This document shows, in pieces, positions 47,851 to 57,913 of a DNA stretch of 64,000 bases. The DNA is from Flavobacteriales bacterium. GTDB taxonomy: Bacteria > Bacteroidota > Bacteroidia > Palsa-965. How positions within the stretch are numbered: the first letter of the stretch is position 1; each line of letters starts with the position of its first letter. A model generated the notes under the pieces. That model was given only the letters and a program-made list of their open reading frames with translations. It did not search any database and had not been told where the DNA came from. Position numbers and translations under genes: made by a program. The stretch spans positions 64,001 through 128,000 of the forward strand of contig JBEIPA010000006.1 in the NCBI GenBank assembly GCA_040377305.1, given 5' to 3'.

Positions 47851-49260
47851 TTAGTGTGATGAAATGGTTGTATCCGCCATTCCACGCTTGTTCTTGTGTT
47901 CTTCGCTTGATGACTTCACGATCATCTTCAATTCGCTCAACGCAATTACAGGGAATGTGCGTGCGAACAACAAGAAGAGCGTAAAGAACAATCCGATAGT
48001 TCCAACGAAAATTCCGATCTCAACCCATGTTGGGTGGTACATTGTCCAGTTCGATGGTATAAAATCTCGGTGAAGTGAAGTCACGATAATTACGAAACGT
48101 TCGAACCACATACCGATGTTTACTACAATCGACAAAATGAAAGTTGCAATGAGTGACGATCGAATTTTCTTGAACCAGAAAAGCTGTGGCGATACAACGT
48201 TACACGTCATCATTCCCCAATAGCTCCACCAGTATGGACCAGTTGCACGGTTCATGAATGCGTAACCTTCGTATTCAACTCCCGAATACCAGGAGATGAA
48301 GAGCTCAGACAGATAAGCAACACCAACCATCGATCCTGTAAGTGTGATGATGATGTTCATCATTTCCATGTGCTGGATAGTGATGAAATGTTCGAGGTTC
48401 AACACTTTGCGCATGATGAGAAGAAGTGTTGCCACCATCGCGAAACCGGAGAAGATTGCACCTGCTACGAAATATGGAGGGAAGATCGTGGTGTGCCAAC
48501 CCGGAAGGATTGACGTCGCGAAGTCCATAGATACGATTGAGTGTACGGAGAATACAAGTGGTGTAGAAAGACCTGCGAGTACGAGTGAAACTTCTTCGAA
48601 ACGCTGCCAGTCTTTAGCACGACCGCTCCAGCCGAAGCTGAGGATACGGTAGATCTTTTGCTGCATTGGTTTCTTCTGGATCTTGAAACGATCGCGGATT
48701 GCACCGAAGTCAGGAATAAGACCGAGGTACCAGAACACCAATGAAATAGAGAAGTAAGTTGATACTGCGAATACGTCCCAGGTAAGTGGTGAGTTGAAGT
48801 TCACCCACAATGAACCAAACTGGTTAGCGTGCGGGAACAACCAGTAATCAAGCCAAGGACGACCTGTGTGCATGGTTACGAATACAGCCGCGCAACAAAC
48901 TGCGAAGATGGTCATCGCCTCTGCAGAACGGTTGATTGCCATACGCCATTTCTGACGGAACAAAAGAAGTACCGCAGAAATAAGAGTACCCGCGTGACCG
49001 ATACCGATCCACCATACGAAGTTTGTAATATCCCACGCCCAACCTACAGTTCTGTTAGCACCCCACTGACCGATACCGGTACCAATGGTATATGCCAGAC
49101 AGCTGAAGCCCCAGACGAAGGTGCCCACTGCGATCAGGAAAACAAGCCACCAATACTTGTTTGCTTTCCCTTCAATTGGCTTCGCGATCTCAGCTGTAAT
49201 GTCACTGTAGGATTTGTTCCCCAGGATCAGCGGATCTCTTAGCGGTGATTCGTGTTGCAT
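47851..49260 (-). CDS. actC: Alternative complex III quinol-binding subunit ActC (NrfD/PsrC family)
   Basis: FVWWIGIGHAGTLISA, RSAEAMT, H.GRPW, WDVFAVSTY, GMWFERF. Confidence 0.94.
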   Translation of the reverse strand: MQHESPLRDPLILGNKSYSDITAEIAKPIEGKANKYWWLVFLIAVGTFVWGFSCLAYTIGTGIGQWGANRTVGWAWDITNFVWWIGIGHAGTLISAVLLLFRQKWRMAINRSAEAMTIFAVCCAAVFVTMHTGRPWLDYWLFPHANQFGSLWVNFNSPLTWDVFAVSTYFSISLVFWYLGLIPDFGAIRDRFKIQKKPMQQKIYRILSFGWSGRAKDWQRFEEVSLVLAGLSTPLVFSVHSIVSMDFATSILPGWHTTIFPPYFVAGAIFSGFAMVATLLLIMRKVLNLEHFITIQHMEMMNIIITLTGSMVGVAYLSELFISWYSGVEYEGYAFMNRATGPYWWSYWGMMTCNVVSPQLFWFKKIRSSLIATFILSIVVNIGMWFERFVIIVTSLHRDFIPSNWTMYHPTWVEIGIFVGTIGLFFTLFLLFARTFPVIALSELKMIVKSSSEEHKNKRGMADTTISSH

Positions 49261-49330
49261 AACGATGTATTAATTCGTTTATCGCGGCGGCGCGGAGTTT
49301 AATCACGACGCAGCGTATTGTTTTTATTTT

Positions 49331-52300
49331 TTAGATCGTGGCATTCGCGTCATCGCGGTTCCACACTTTAGTCATATAGAATACTGATGGACGTGATCCA
49401 ACATTCTCGAGCACTTCGAACTTGCGTCCGTCTTGTTCCATTTTAGAAACCTGGCTGTTCACGTCGAGAAGATCACCGAAGATGATTGCATCCGTAGGAC
49501 AAGCTTGCTGACAAGCAGTCTTGATTGCACCATCAACGATTTTCGTTCCTGCTTTCTTCGCATCAAGCTTTCCAGCCTGAATACGCTGAGAACACATTGA
49601 ACATTTTTCCATCACACCACGTGCACGTACTGTAACGTCAGGGTTCAACACCATGCGTCCGATATCGTCCTGAGCAGGGTTCAATCCTTTGAAGCGGTGG
49701 TACTCAACGTAGTTAAACCAGTTGAAGCGACGTACTTTATATGGACAGTTGTTAGCGCAGTAACGTGTACCCACGCAACGGTTGTAAGTCATTTGGTTAA
49801 GGCCTTCATTGCTGTGTGTAGTAGCAATTACAGGACAAACCGTTTCGCAACCCGCGTGGTTACAGTGCTGACACATGATAGGCTGGAACGCAACTTTCGG
49901 ATTGTCGAACGTTGGGCTTTCCATGTGACGGTACATTTCCATTGTACCCATCTCTCCTGTTGTTTCAGCAACTTCTTTAACTGTATCAGAGCTGTAGTAG
50001 CGGTCGATACGCAACCAGTGCATTTCGCGGCTCTTGCGGATTTCATCGCGACCTACAACAGGAACGTTGTTCTCAATTGTACATGCAACAACGCATGATC
50101 CACAACCGAGACACGAGTTCAGATCGATTGCCATTCCCCACTTGTGGTTCGGACGTTCGAAATCGTTCCACAAAGAAACTTCCTCCGTCAACTGCTCACC
50201 TTTATATGTGTGCATCGTGTTGAGTGGGTTTCCTGCGCGATCGTCTGTCTTATATGCAGCGAGTGTAGTCTCACGAAGAATATCGTCGTTACGACCCATC
50301 ATCGTGTGGTGAGTTTGCGTAGCAGCAATGCGATACGTTTCACCTTCCACTTTCGTCATTGCAGCATCGCCGCTGTAAACCATTGTGCCACCTGCAGACA
50401 TTCCGATTGCAGGGTACATGTTCGCGCCGATATTGTCAACGTACTCGTTAAATCCTTTGCGTCCGTAACCAAGCGCGATACCGATAGTACCTTTTGCTTG
50501 TCCCGGCTGAATCCAAACCGGAAGTTTCACCGTGTGACCGTTAACAGTAACGTTAACCATGTCCAGGTTGTCTTCCATCTGATCAAAGCGAACCATCATT
50601 GTTTCATCTTCCATTCCGAAGAGAGACATTTCTTTCGCGTCGAGCGGGTGCATAGTCACGTAGTTGTCCCACGTGATTTTCGAAATTGGATCCGGCATTT
50701 CCTGCAACCAAGGATTGTTTGCCTGGTTACCAGAACCCATTGACGTTTTCGTATAAATGTTCACCTCATACTTGCCACCTTTTGTAGCAGCAATCTGAGA
50801 TTTAGCTTCGTCCATGGAGATGGTTCCGCCGATGAAAACGATTGAACCAGCTGTTGCAGTTGCTACCGGAGCAGCGTCTGCTTTTGCTGAGTCTGTCTTC
50901 GGCTCTTCCTTTACTACCTTCTTCTCTTCTGCAACTGGTGCAGCAGCCGGCATTCCTTCGAATACACCGTCGCGAACTACGTTAATCCAGAACGCGTTGA
51001 AGTCGCCGAAATTGGATTGCATGGACTGCATTCCGCTCCATGTCTCTTTTACATAAGACAAGTAGTCTTTCGAACCACCAGACCATTTGATAAACGACTC
51101 TTGTGCGTGACGTGTGCTGAACAAAGGACGGATAGCAGGCTGTTGCAAGCTGTACTGTCCAGTGCGCGGCATGTGATCGCCCCACGCTTCGAGGTAGTTG
51201 TGATCAGGAAGGATGAAGTCGCAAAGCGCTGCTGTTTCATCAACATGCGATGCGAAAGAAATTTTTGTTGAAACACCTTTTAGTGCTGCTTCGAATCCGA
51301 GTGCTTTTGGAGCTGTGTAAACCGGGTTCGCGTTGTAGAAAATCACGGTATCAACCGAGCTGATGTTTTCTACGAGTTTTTTCATCGCAGCATCATCGCC
51401 CTGGTGTGTGAAGTCTTCAATTGAAGTATTGATTGTTGAGCCGTATGCGCCGGTTGCTTTGTTGATTGCATTTACGATCAACTGAATCGCAGGATCGTTT
51501 GATCCGCATACAACAAGTGCTTTTCCGTTTGCTGCTTTCAATGCCGCACCTGCTTTTTTCACTGCATCAGCAGCAACAGTTGGTGCAACACCTTCACCAC
51601 CTACCTCGTGCAGAAGCCCGAGAGCAATTGCACCGTACTGAGAAGGTTTAACTGGTGTACGCTCATCTGCGTTAGCACCCGTCAATGAAAGCTGTGATTC
51701 GAACTGGTAGTGCTTCGACATGGTCTTCTTGTCTGCACTAACCTTACGTGTCATTCCGTACTGACGTTCAGCTTCTCCGCCTGTGAGCCAGTTTCCGAGG
51801 AAGTCGCAACCGATACCTACGATAACATCTGCTTTATCGAAGTTGTAAGTAGGAATCATTGCTTTTCCGTGAGAAGAAGCATGAGCCTTGATTACACCAG
51901 CGTAAGAAATGGCATCGTACATCACGTGTTGAACGTTCTTGTACTTATTCTTAAAGTCTCCGATCGCGCGCATTGTCGATGGAGAAATGATTGTAGAAGA
52001 AATGATTGCAATTCCTTTAGAAGCGTTGAGCTTCTCAGCGATTGCTCCGTCAACTTCGTCCCATGTCTTATCAGACCATGCGTTGCCCGCTTTCATTTTC
52101 GGATTGCGGAGACGTGTTGAATCATAAAGAGAAAGGACAGACGCTTGTGTACGTGCGTTTGTTCCGCTTCCGTTCAGTTTCGAAAGAGAGTTTCCTTCGA
52201 TTTTGATCGGACGACCTTCGCGGGTTTTCACGAGGATGCTTGCGTAATCGTGTCCGTCGAAGAAAGTTGACGCGTACCAGTTCGCAACACCCGGAGTAAT

Positions 52301-52555
52301 TTCTTCCGGACGGTTTACGTAAGGAACCGCTTTCGTTACAGGAGCTTCGCAGGCAGCCAAAGTAGCCGCAACTGTAGAGAACCCGAGAAACTTCAGGAAG
52401 TCGCGGCGGCTGGTGTTCGCTTCGAGTGTAGACTTGTCGCCTACAAACTCTTCAACCGGGATGTACTCAGCAAATTCTTTCCCGTTTTTCTCAGCAACAG
52501 CAGTATCGTTGTTGAGATGCGCGAGGCCTTTCCAGTATTTTGTTTGATTCGCCAT
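49331..52555 (-). CDS. actB: Alternative complex III subunit ActB (molybdopterin-oxidoreductase-like plus Fe-S domain)
   Basis: YWKGL, SRRDFLK Tat motif, LAAC, EGRPIKIEGN; CLGCGSCVVAC, CQHC..A.C..VCP, CVGTRYC..NCPY, CSMC...CQQACP. Confidence 0.95.
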   Translation of the reverse strand: MANQTKYWKGLAHLNNDTAVAEKNGKEFAEYIPVEEFVGDKSTLEANTSRRDFLKFLGFSTVAATLAACEAPVTKAVPYVNRPEEITPGVANWYASTFFDGHDYASILVKTREGRPIKIEGNSLSKLNGSGTNARTQASVLSLYDSTRLRNPKMKAGNAWSDKTWDEVDGAIAEKLNASKGIAIISSTIISPSTMRAIGDFKNKYKNVQHVMYDAISYAGVIKAHASSHGKAMIPTYNFDKADVIVGIGCDFLGNWLTGGEAERQYGMTRKVSADKKTMSKHYQFESQLSLTGANADERTPVKPSQYGAIALGLLHEVGGEGVAPTVAADAVKKAGAALKAANGKALVVCGSNDPAIQLIVNAINKATGAYGSTINTSIEDFTHQGDDAAMKKLVENISSVDTVIFYNANPVYTAPKALGFEAALKGVSTKISFASHVDETAALCDFILPDHNYLEAWGDHMPRTGQYSLQQPAIRPLFSTRHAQESFIKWSGGSKDYLSYVKETWSGMQSMQSNFGDFNAFWINVVRDGVFEGMPAAAPVAEEKKVVKEEPKTDSAKADAAPVATATAGSIVFIGGTISMDEAKSQIAATKGGKYEVNIYTKTSMGSGNQANNPWLQEMPDPISKITWDNYVTMHPLDAKEMSLFGMEDETMMVRFDQMEDNLDMVNVTVNGHTVKLPVWIQPGQAKGTIGIALGYGRKGFNEYVDNIGANMYPAIGMSAGGTMVYSGDAAMTKVEGETYRIAATQTHHTMMGRNDDILRETTLAAYKTDDRAGNPLNTMHTYKGEQLTEEVSLWNDFERPNHKWGMAIDLNSCLGCGSCVVACTIENNVPVVGRDEIRKSREMHWLRIDRYYSSDTVKEVAETTGEMGTMEMYRHMESPTFDNPKVAFQPIMCQHCNHAGCETVCPVIATTHSNEGLNQMTYNRCVGTRYCANNCPYKVRRFNWFNYVEYHRFKGLNPAQDDIGRMVLNPDVTVRARGVMEKCSMCSQRIQAGKLDAKKAGTKIVDGAIKTACQQACPTDAIIFGDLLDVNSQVSKMEQDGRKFEVLENVGSRPSVFYMTKVWNRDDANATI

Positions 52556-52590
52556 AATCTATGCGATGATGATTCGGTTCAGGTATACTA

Positions 52591-53862
52591 TTAATAGTGA
52601 CAACGACCACACTCGATTCCACCAGCCATTGCAACGGTGATCGGTTGTCCTTTATATTTCTCTTTCATTTTCTCGTGGAGCTCGGTGTAATAACCGTTGC
52701 CTTCCATTTTCAATGGAGTGTTGCGGTGACAATCAACGCACCATCCCATTGTAAGCGGACGTTGCTGCTCTACAGTTCCCATTGCTTTCACATCTCCGTG
52801 ACAAGTTTCGCAAGCCACTGCACCTACAACAACGTGTTGCTGGTGAGAGAAGAAAACGTGATCAGGAAGAACGTGAACTTTGTTCCACTGCAAAGGCACA
52901 GGCGTGTTTGTGTATGCGTTTGTCGCAGGATCAAATCCGGTTGCAGTATAGATTTTTGCAATCTCTTCTTTCGATCCTGGAGTTGCAGTTTCCTGAATTC
53001 CTTTGTGACAGTTCATGCAAATCATTGCAGAAGGAATGCTTGCTGTTTTTGACTTCTCAACCGTTGAGTGGCAATACTGACACTGGATTGCGTTATCGTT
53101 CGCGTGAATTTTGTGTGAGAAATTAATCGGCTGTGAAGGATGATAACCTTCCCATTTGCCTGGCTTCACTTCTTCCGCATAAACACCAACACCTTTTGCA
53201 GCGTACCAGCCTTTAACAACCAACCATCCGAAGAACAGAACTCCTAAGAGCGCAACTAGTTTCTTGTTGTTGTTTACCCATGTGCGCGATGCTTCCATGA
53301 AAGGAGCAGCAGGCTCTTCAGATAACCCTTCTTTTTCGCGGACTGCATTCTGCATGTGGATTCTTGCATAGCGAAGTGTTGTGATCAGAATGAGAAGTAT
53401 GCCAATAATAATCGCGATTAAGAACCAAGGATTTGTTTCTTCTTCAGCTTGTTCAACCGGACCAGTCGGCCCAGTTGGTCCAACAATAACGTCTCCTTTG
53501 TGCGCCCAATCGAGAATTGCATCAATCTCTTCGTTGGAGAGTCTTGGAAATGCAGTCATTGCAGCTCCGCCGTTCTCAGCTAAAATCTTCGCCGCATATG
53601 CGTCACCAGATTTGATTACCTCTGCTGAATTGCGCACCCAATTGTACTTCCAGTCTCCACTGGGAATACGATCCAGGACACCTTTCAAACCAGGTCCGGT
53701 AATTTTTTTGTCAGTAGCAGTGTGACACGAAGAACAATTTGCTTTGAAAAGCTTTTTACCGTCCGGTTGCGCGAATGAATTCGTTGAGAAAAGGATGGTG
53801 AAAGCAAGCGATAATACAACGACTAGGCGTGAGCTTCGTACGTTTTGCCAGAGACTGGTCAT
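52591..53862 (-). CDS. actA: Alternative complex III multiheme cytochrome c ActA (1+5 hemes)
   Basis: Six CxxCH motifs: CSSCH, CQYCH, CMNCH, CETCH, CVDCH, CGRCH; ATG at 53862. Confidence 0.93.
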   Translation of the reverse strand: MTSLWQNVRSSRLVVVLSLAFTILFSTNSFAQPDGKKLFKANCSSCHTATDKKITGPGLKGVLDRIPSGDWKYNWVRNSAEVIKSGDAYAAKILAENGGAAMTAFPRLSNEEIDAILDWAHKGDVIVGPTGPTGPVEQAEEETNPWFLIAIIIGILLILITTLRYARIHMQNAVREKEGLSEEPAAPFMEASRTWVNNNKKLVALLGVLFFGWLVVKGWYAAKGVGVYAEEVKPGKWEGYHPSQPINFSHKIHANDNAIQCQYCHSTVEKSKTASIPSAMICMNCHKGIQETATPGSKEEIAKIYTATGFDPATNAYTNTPVPLQWNKVHVLPDHVFFSHQQHVVVGAVACETCHGDVKAMGTVEQQRPLTMGWCVDCHRNTPLKMEGNGYYTELHEKMKEKYKGQPITVAMAGGIECGRCHY

Positions 53863-53919
53863 ATAGCGATTTTTGCTGTTGGCGATTGGTGAAGTTGCCT
53901 TACACAATTTAAGGCGTCG

Positions 53920-53927
53920 CAAATTTA
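53920..53927 (-). promoter_or_regulatory. -7 promoter element (TAAATTTG) of the act-cox operon
   Basis: TAnnTTTG on the minus strand upstream of actA. Confidence 0.6.
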
Positions 53928-53980
53928 ACAGTGATTCACACTTTGTGACCCTTTCGTGACGGAAAATTAACGCACTTTTT

Positions 53981-54003
53981 TAATTTATAATCGTTCTAAA
54001 TAA
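53981..54003. promoter_or_regulatory. AT-rich 10-3-10 palindrome, candidate regulator binding site
   Basis: TAATTTATAA-TCG-TTCTAAATAA, 8 of 10 positions symmetric. Confidence 0.5.
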
Positions 54004-54252
54004 GGGCGATTTGTGCGGAAAATTTTTGTGAATTGCGGGATTGTGGTATTCATCAGGCTAGACATGAGGGCAGCCGACGTGTACCCCAAATTGGTCGAAA
54101 AACGAGGATTTGAAAATCTGACAATCATGGGATTTTGGCCAAATTTGAGGGGTGTCTTTTGGCCGGAGAGAGATCTTCAACGTTTAATCAAAATACCCTG
54201 ACGCCGGATTCGCCGAACTCAGTCGCGGCGTGAATCTTGCTACATTTGACCC

Positions 54253-54660
54253 ATGATTTCACGATTTGTTCTGGTTTTCTTCGCTTTACTGGCGTGGAAC
54301 ATGGTCAGCGGACAAACTCCAGCGGATACATTGCAGACCGGCGTTCATGGCGACCCGCGTCTTAAAACGCTGGTTTTTAAGCACAACGATGTTCTGAAGC
54401 GTGGCAAGGCAAGTGGCTTCCGTGTCCAGATTTACTTTGGGACGGACAAAACCAAAGCGAAGGAAGTGAAGTCGCGGTTCCTGGCTTCTTATGCGAGTGA
54501 AGCTCATGCTTACGAGATTTATGAGCAGCCGAACTTCAAAATCCGGGTGGGTGATTTCCGCTCCAGGCTTGAGGCGTATCGGTTCCTGAAAAAGATCAGG
54601 GCAGATTTTCCGGCGAGTTTTATCGTGGAGAGCAAAATTGAAATGCCTTCCGTGAAGTAA
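54253..54660 (+). CDS. SPOR-domain protein
   Basis: Signal peptide; GFRVQIY, PNFKIRVGDFRSRLEA, FP.SFIV; TACATTTG at 54241-54248. Confidence 0.88.
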   Translation: MISRFVLVFFALLAWNMVSGQTPADTLQTGVHGDPRLKTLVFKHNDVLKRGKASGFRVQIYFGTDKTKAKEVKSRFLASYASEAHAYEIYEQPNFKIRVGDFRSRLEAYRFLKKIRADFPASFIVESKIEMPSVK

Positions 54661-54726
54661 TTAAGTCGTTAAGGAACTAAGTAGGCAAGTCAACAGCATT
54701 TAAACTTCTTGTTGTAAATTGTGGTG

Positions 54727-55149
54727 ATGAGATTCATGGCTCCGGTATTCGTCGTGTGCACTTTTCTTTTTGCGTCTTGTGCGAAAGAAGAAGTGATGAC
54801 ATTCGATGATCAGATTTCGGTTGCACAGGATTTCAAAGTGGATGCAGCGACGAACGATACTTTTTACAGAGTGTACATGCCGACTGCATTCACACCGAAT
54901 GACGATGGAAGGAATGATGTTTATATCATCTACGGAACGGGATGGGAAACTGAGGGATTTGAGATGAGAGTTTTTTCACGCGAAGGAAATCTAGTGTATA
55001 ACACCGATGATGCTTATCGAAGCTTTGACGGCCGTACTCAAAGTCACAGCGACCTGAATGCTCAACAGGTTTACACCGTTGATGTATTGATCACAGATAC
55101 TACAGGAGAACAACATCATTACAATTACAAAATCGCAGCGCTGTTCTAA
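54727..55149 (+). CDS. Small lipoprotein consisting essentially of a T9SS type B CTD-like domain
   Basis: FASC lipobox; MPTAFTPNDDGRND, VFSREG.LVY, FDG, VY. Confidence 0.78.
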   Translation: MRFMAPVFVVCTFLFASCAKEEVMTFDDQISVAQDFKVDAATNDTFYRVYMPTAFTPNDDGRNDVYIIYGTGWETEGFEMRVFSREGNLVYNTDDAYRSFDGRTQSHSDLNAQQVYTVDVLITDTTGEQHHYNYKIAALF

Positions 55150-56117
55150 TAGTGCATACGCATATTGCTTCGCGCCAGTTGTTGTTTCTTCTCTTGTGGC
55201 ATTATACGAAGTGGCAATACTCGGAAGTGAATTTCGTGTGATCCACCCGTGACACCCTTTAGATCTGACAAAGTATAATCGTAGGAATACGAAATTGTAC
55301 AATCCCATCTAGAGTATCCTAAAGAGATAAACACAGCATCGCGATTGCTGTAACCAATTCCAGTCTGGAAACCTCTGTAGAAAGCTGTCGCTGTAGTTCT
55401 GAGTATTTCGAAATTTCCTTGTCTGCTAAAATAAAAGGAAGGAACAACTCTGAAAGCATCCATATTGTTCACATCAACATTCCAAAGGACACCGGAGCAA
55501 TGAATTACAAAACGCATTGGTAAAGGACTGTTTCCCTGGAAACCTTGGTTTGGTTCACTCAGGTGAAAGGCTGCAGCTCCTATACTGAAGCGTTTATGAT
55601 ATGCGAGCAATCCCGCAGAGAAATCGATGTTGCCGCTCCAGGTTGTTCCAGGAGGATTATTGTTGGTGCTATACACGAATCCTACACGGGGATCAATCAT
55701 GTCGCCGAAAGTCAAGGCATCCCAATCGATACTAATCATTTGATAAGAAATCTGAACTCCGGGTTGCAGAACGACTTTGCCCACTCCAGTGCTGTCTTTC
55801 CACAAGCGGATCGGAAATGAATAATTGAGGTCTTCACGATGGCTTGTGAGTACATCTCCGGCAACGTCATACATGTACTGCATTCCGATATTGCCAAAGC
55901 GCGAAGGACTGTCGCCTGCAAAAACAAACGTTTGATAATTTCCCGCAAGGTTAGGCCACTGAATTCGATACGCCCCCTCTCCCCGCATGTATCCATACGT
56001 CCCTGTTAATGCAGGATTCACCGTAGAATATGCAAAGTTCGGATCCGTGAAAAACGGATCCTGCGCAAACGCACACACGAACATCGCGGAAAAAAGAAAT
56101 GTGAATACAGTTTTCAT
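55146..56117 (-). CDS. PorP/SprF-family T9SS outer-membrane protein
   Basis: AQDP.F, NPALTG, YRIQW, LTFGDMIDPR.GF, HL.EPN, YSYDYT.S.L, GGSHEI. Confidence 0.9.
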   Translation of the reverse strand: MKTVFTFLFSAMFVCAFAQDPFFTDPNFAYSTVNPALTGTYGYMRGEGAYRIQWPNLAGNYQTFVFAGDSPSRFGNIGMQYMYDVAGDVLTSHREDLNYSFPIRLWKDSTGVGKVVLQPGVQISYQMISIDWDALTFGDMIDPRVGFVYSTNNNPPGTTWSGNIDFSAGLLAYHKRFSIGAAAFHLSEPNQGFQGNSPLPMRFVIHCSGVLWNVDVNNMDAFRVVPSFYFSRQGNFEILRTTATAFYRGFQTGIGYSNRDAVFISLGYSRWDCTISYSYDYTLSDLKGVTGGSHEIHFRVLPLRIMPQEKKQQLARSNMRMHY

Positions 56118-56266
56118 GCGAATGAAATTTACAAAATCAATTCGATACTACTCGTGTGGGAAACGGGACTATGATGTGAATTCTCATCTCATTTCCGTTG
56201 GCACAGAGATAAGTATCGGAAAGTTATGAAAAGCGCAGTATCTTTTCAGTAACAAACCCATTGCGT

Positions 56267-57823
56267 ATGAAGTACGCATTCTTTCTTTACTTCTTTTCTC
56301 TGGCGCGCATGCACAACGATGCACCTCAGCTGCCGGAGTATGAATCGTTTTCTCACATTGATGCGGAGAAGTATCTGCTGATTCACGATCGTGAAATTGA
56401 CAAGGACGGAATCATAACGCAGAAAGGAGTGCATCATGCGCTCACGGTGAGTGTATATGGCATTATGAATTATGATGCGTTTATGAGCACGGGCGATTTG
56501 ACTTACTACAACCGTGTGATTGATCAGTACAAATTCTTTTCTGATCCCACGAACCTGGTTTTTTCCGACAACAATGCAAGTGCGGGTCTTCCTTACCGCT
56601 ATGGCTTTCAGGGACTAGCTCCACCGTGGGTTTCAGGAATGACGCAGGGAGCTGCGGTTTCATTCCTGTTGCGATACTATACGCTTACAAAGGATATTTC
56701 TGCATTGAAACTCAGCAAACAACTTATGCACCTTTTGCTGAAGGATGAGAAAGAAGGCGGCACACTCAGCAGAACGTTGGAAGGTGGCATGTGGATTGAA
56801 GAATATCCAAACTCGAAACAAGCGAAGTCTGTGCTGAATGGTTTTATCAACGGACTCATCGGTGTACACGAATACTGCGTGTTTTTTCCGGAAGACAAGC
56901 GAGCGAAAACTGTTCGCGACAGCTGCTATGCGGAGATGATCGGGAATGTTTCGAAATACGATAAGCCCGATTGGACAATGTATGCGCGATATACTACCGG
57001 TGGCAATATTACCATCGGTTACCTGAAGTACCAGCTCCAGGAGTTTGATCACTTGTACAGGTTGTACGCGGATGAGCGCTTGCGGAATGAAATGAGAATC
57101 TGGTCGAGGTTTGCTTTCAACCAACCGGACACAGAAATTGTCTTTCTGAAAAAACCGGAATACCAGTTTGCGAAATTGCTGGATGGCAATCCTTTCTCCG
57201 GTTCCTGTGAATTTAGTGAGCACGAAAATTTTTCATCCGGATTAGTCGCACAAGAACCCAAGAGCACGATGAATAATGTTTACCGCTATCACTTTTCCGA
57301 AGAAAAATATTACTGCGAACTCAAAGTAATTACCCATGAAATTGAGTCAGAACATATCCGCATTACAGCGTATCAGAACGGACACATCATCAAAACGAAA
57401 TGCACAGTGCGGGATAGTATGATCATCATTGAGAGCGACACACCTTTTGTGATGCTTTCGGCAGATCTCGGCACCCGGCATATACGCAAACCTGTTCCTG
57501 TTGTACTTTATGCATACAATCATCGGAAGTCTTCGCTTCCTATGTTCGGATTCTATGTGCTGCCGAATATGTTTAATCTGGAAAAGGACAAAGAATACCG
57601 GTTTGATTTCCATGGAGAACATCTCACGAATGCTACCGTGTTCTATCGACACGGAGCTTCTATGTTTGACATTGCGAATTCATTGTGGAGTGCTGAGCAA
57701 TCATTTATTCTAAACAATGAAGTCTTTCGGATTCCGGAAGGTGGAGTCTATCAGTTTTTTCTGAGCTACGATTTGACGCATCCGGAATCAGCGATCAGCA
57801 GATTACAACTTGTATCCAATTAA
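56267..57823 (+). CDS. D-glucuronyl C5-epimerase C-terminal-like domain protein with unknown C-terminal extension
   Basis: PWVSGMTQG..VS.L.R.Y, WIEEYP, VLNGFI..L.G..EY, YD...WTMY. Confidence 0.75.
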   Translation: MKYAFFLYFFSLARMHNDAPQLPEYESFSHIDAEKYLLIHDREIDKDGIITQKGVHHALTVSVYGIMNYDAFMSTGDLTYYNRVIDQYKFFSDPTNLVFSDNNASAGLPYRYGFQGLAPPWVSGMTQGAAVSFLLRYYTLTKDISALKLSKQLMHLLLKDEKEGGTLSRTLEGGMWIEEYPNSKQAKSVLNGFINGLIGVHEYCVFFPEDKRAKTVRDSCYAEMIGNVSKYDKPDWTMYARYTTGGNITIGYLKYQLQEFDHLYRLYADERLRNEMRIWSRFAFNQPDTEIVFLKKPEYQFAKLLDGNPFSGSCEFSEHENFSSGLVAQEPKSTMNNVYRYHFSEEKYYCELKVITHEIESEHIRITAYQNGHIIKTKCTVRDSMIIIESDTPFVMLSADLGTRHIRKPVPVVLYAYNHRKSSLPMFGFYVLPNMFNLEKDKEYRFDFHGEHLTNATVFYRHGASMFDIANSLWSAEQSFILNNEVFRIPEGGVYQFFLSYDLTHPESAISRLQLVSN

Positions 57824-57850
57824 AAATCCCGAATTGCTTCGGGATTTTTT
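57822..57850. terminator. Bidirectional terminator
   Basis: aaaaatcccgaa-ttgc-ttcgggattttt. Confidence 0.85.
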
Positions 57851-57913
57851 GTGACGAGTAGAAGTGAGATCAAACGTTTCGTGAAACTTCGCCGTATAGC
57901 CCTTGTCGCCTTC

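Noticed and set aside
53930-54240. Long act/SPOR intergenic region as a possible ncRNA or riboswitch
   Set aside because: I could not recognise any known RNA family motif; only promoter-like and palindromic elements are supportable.
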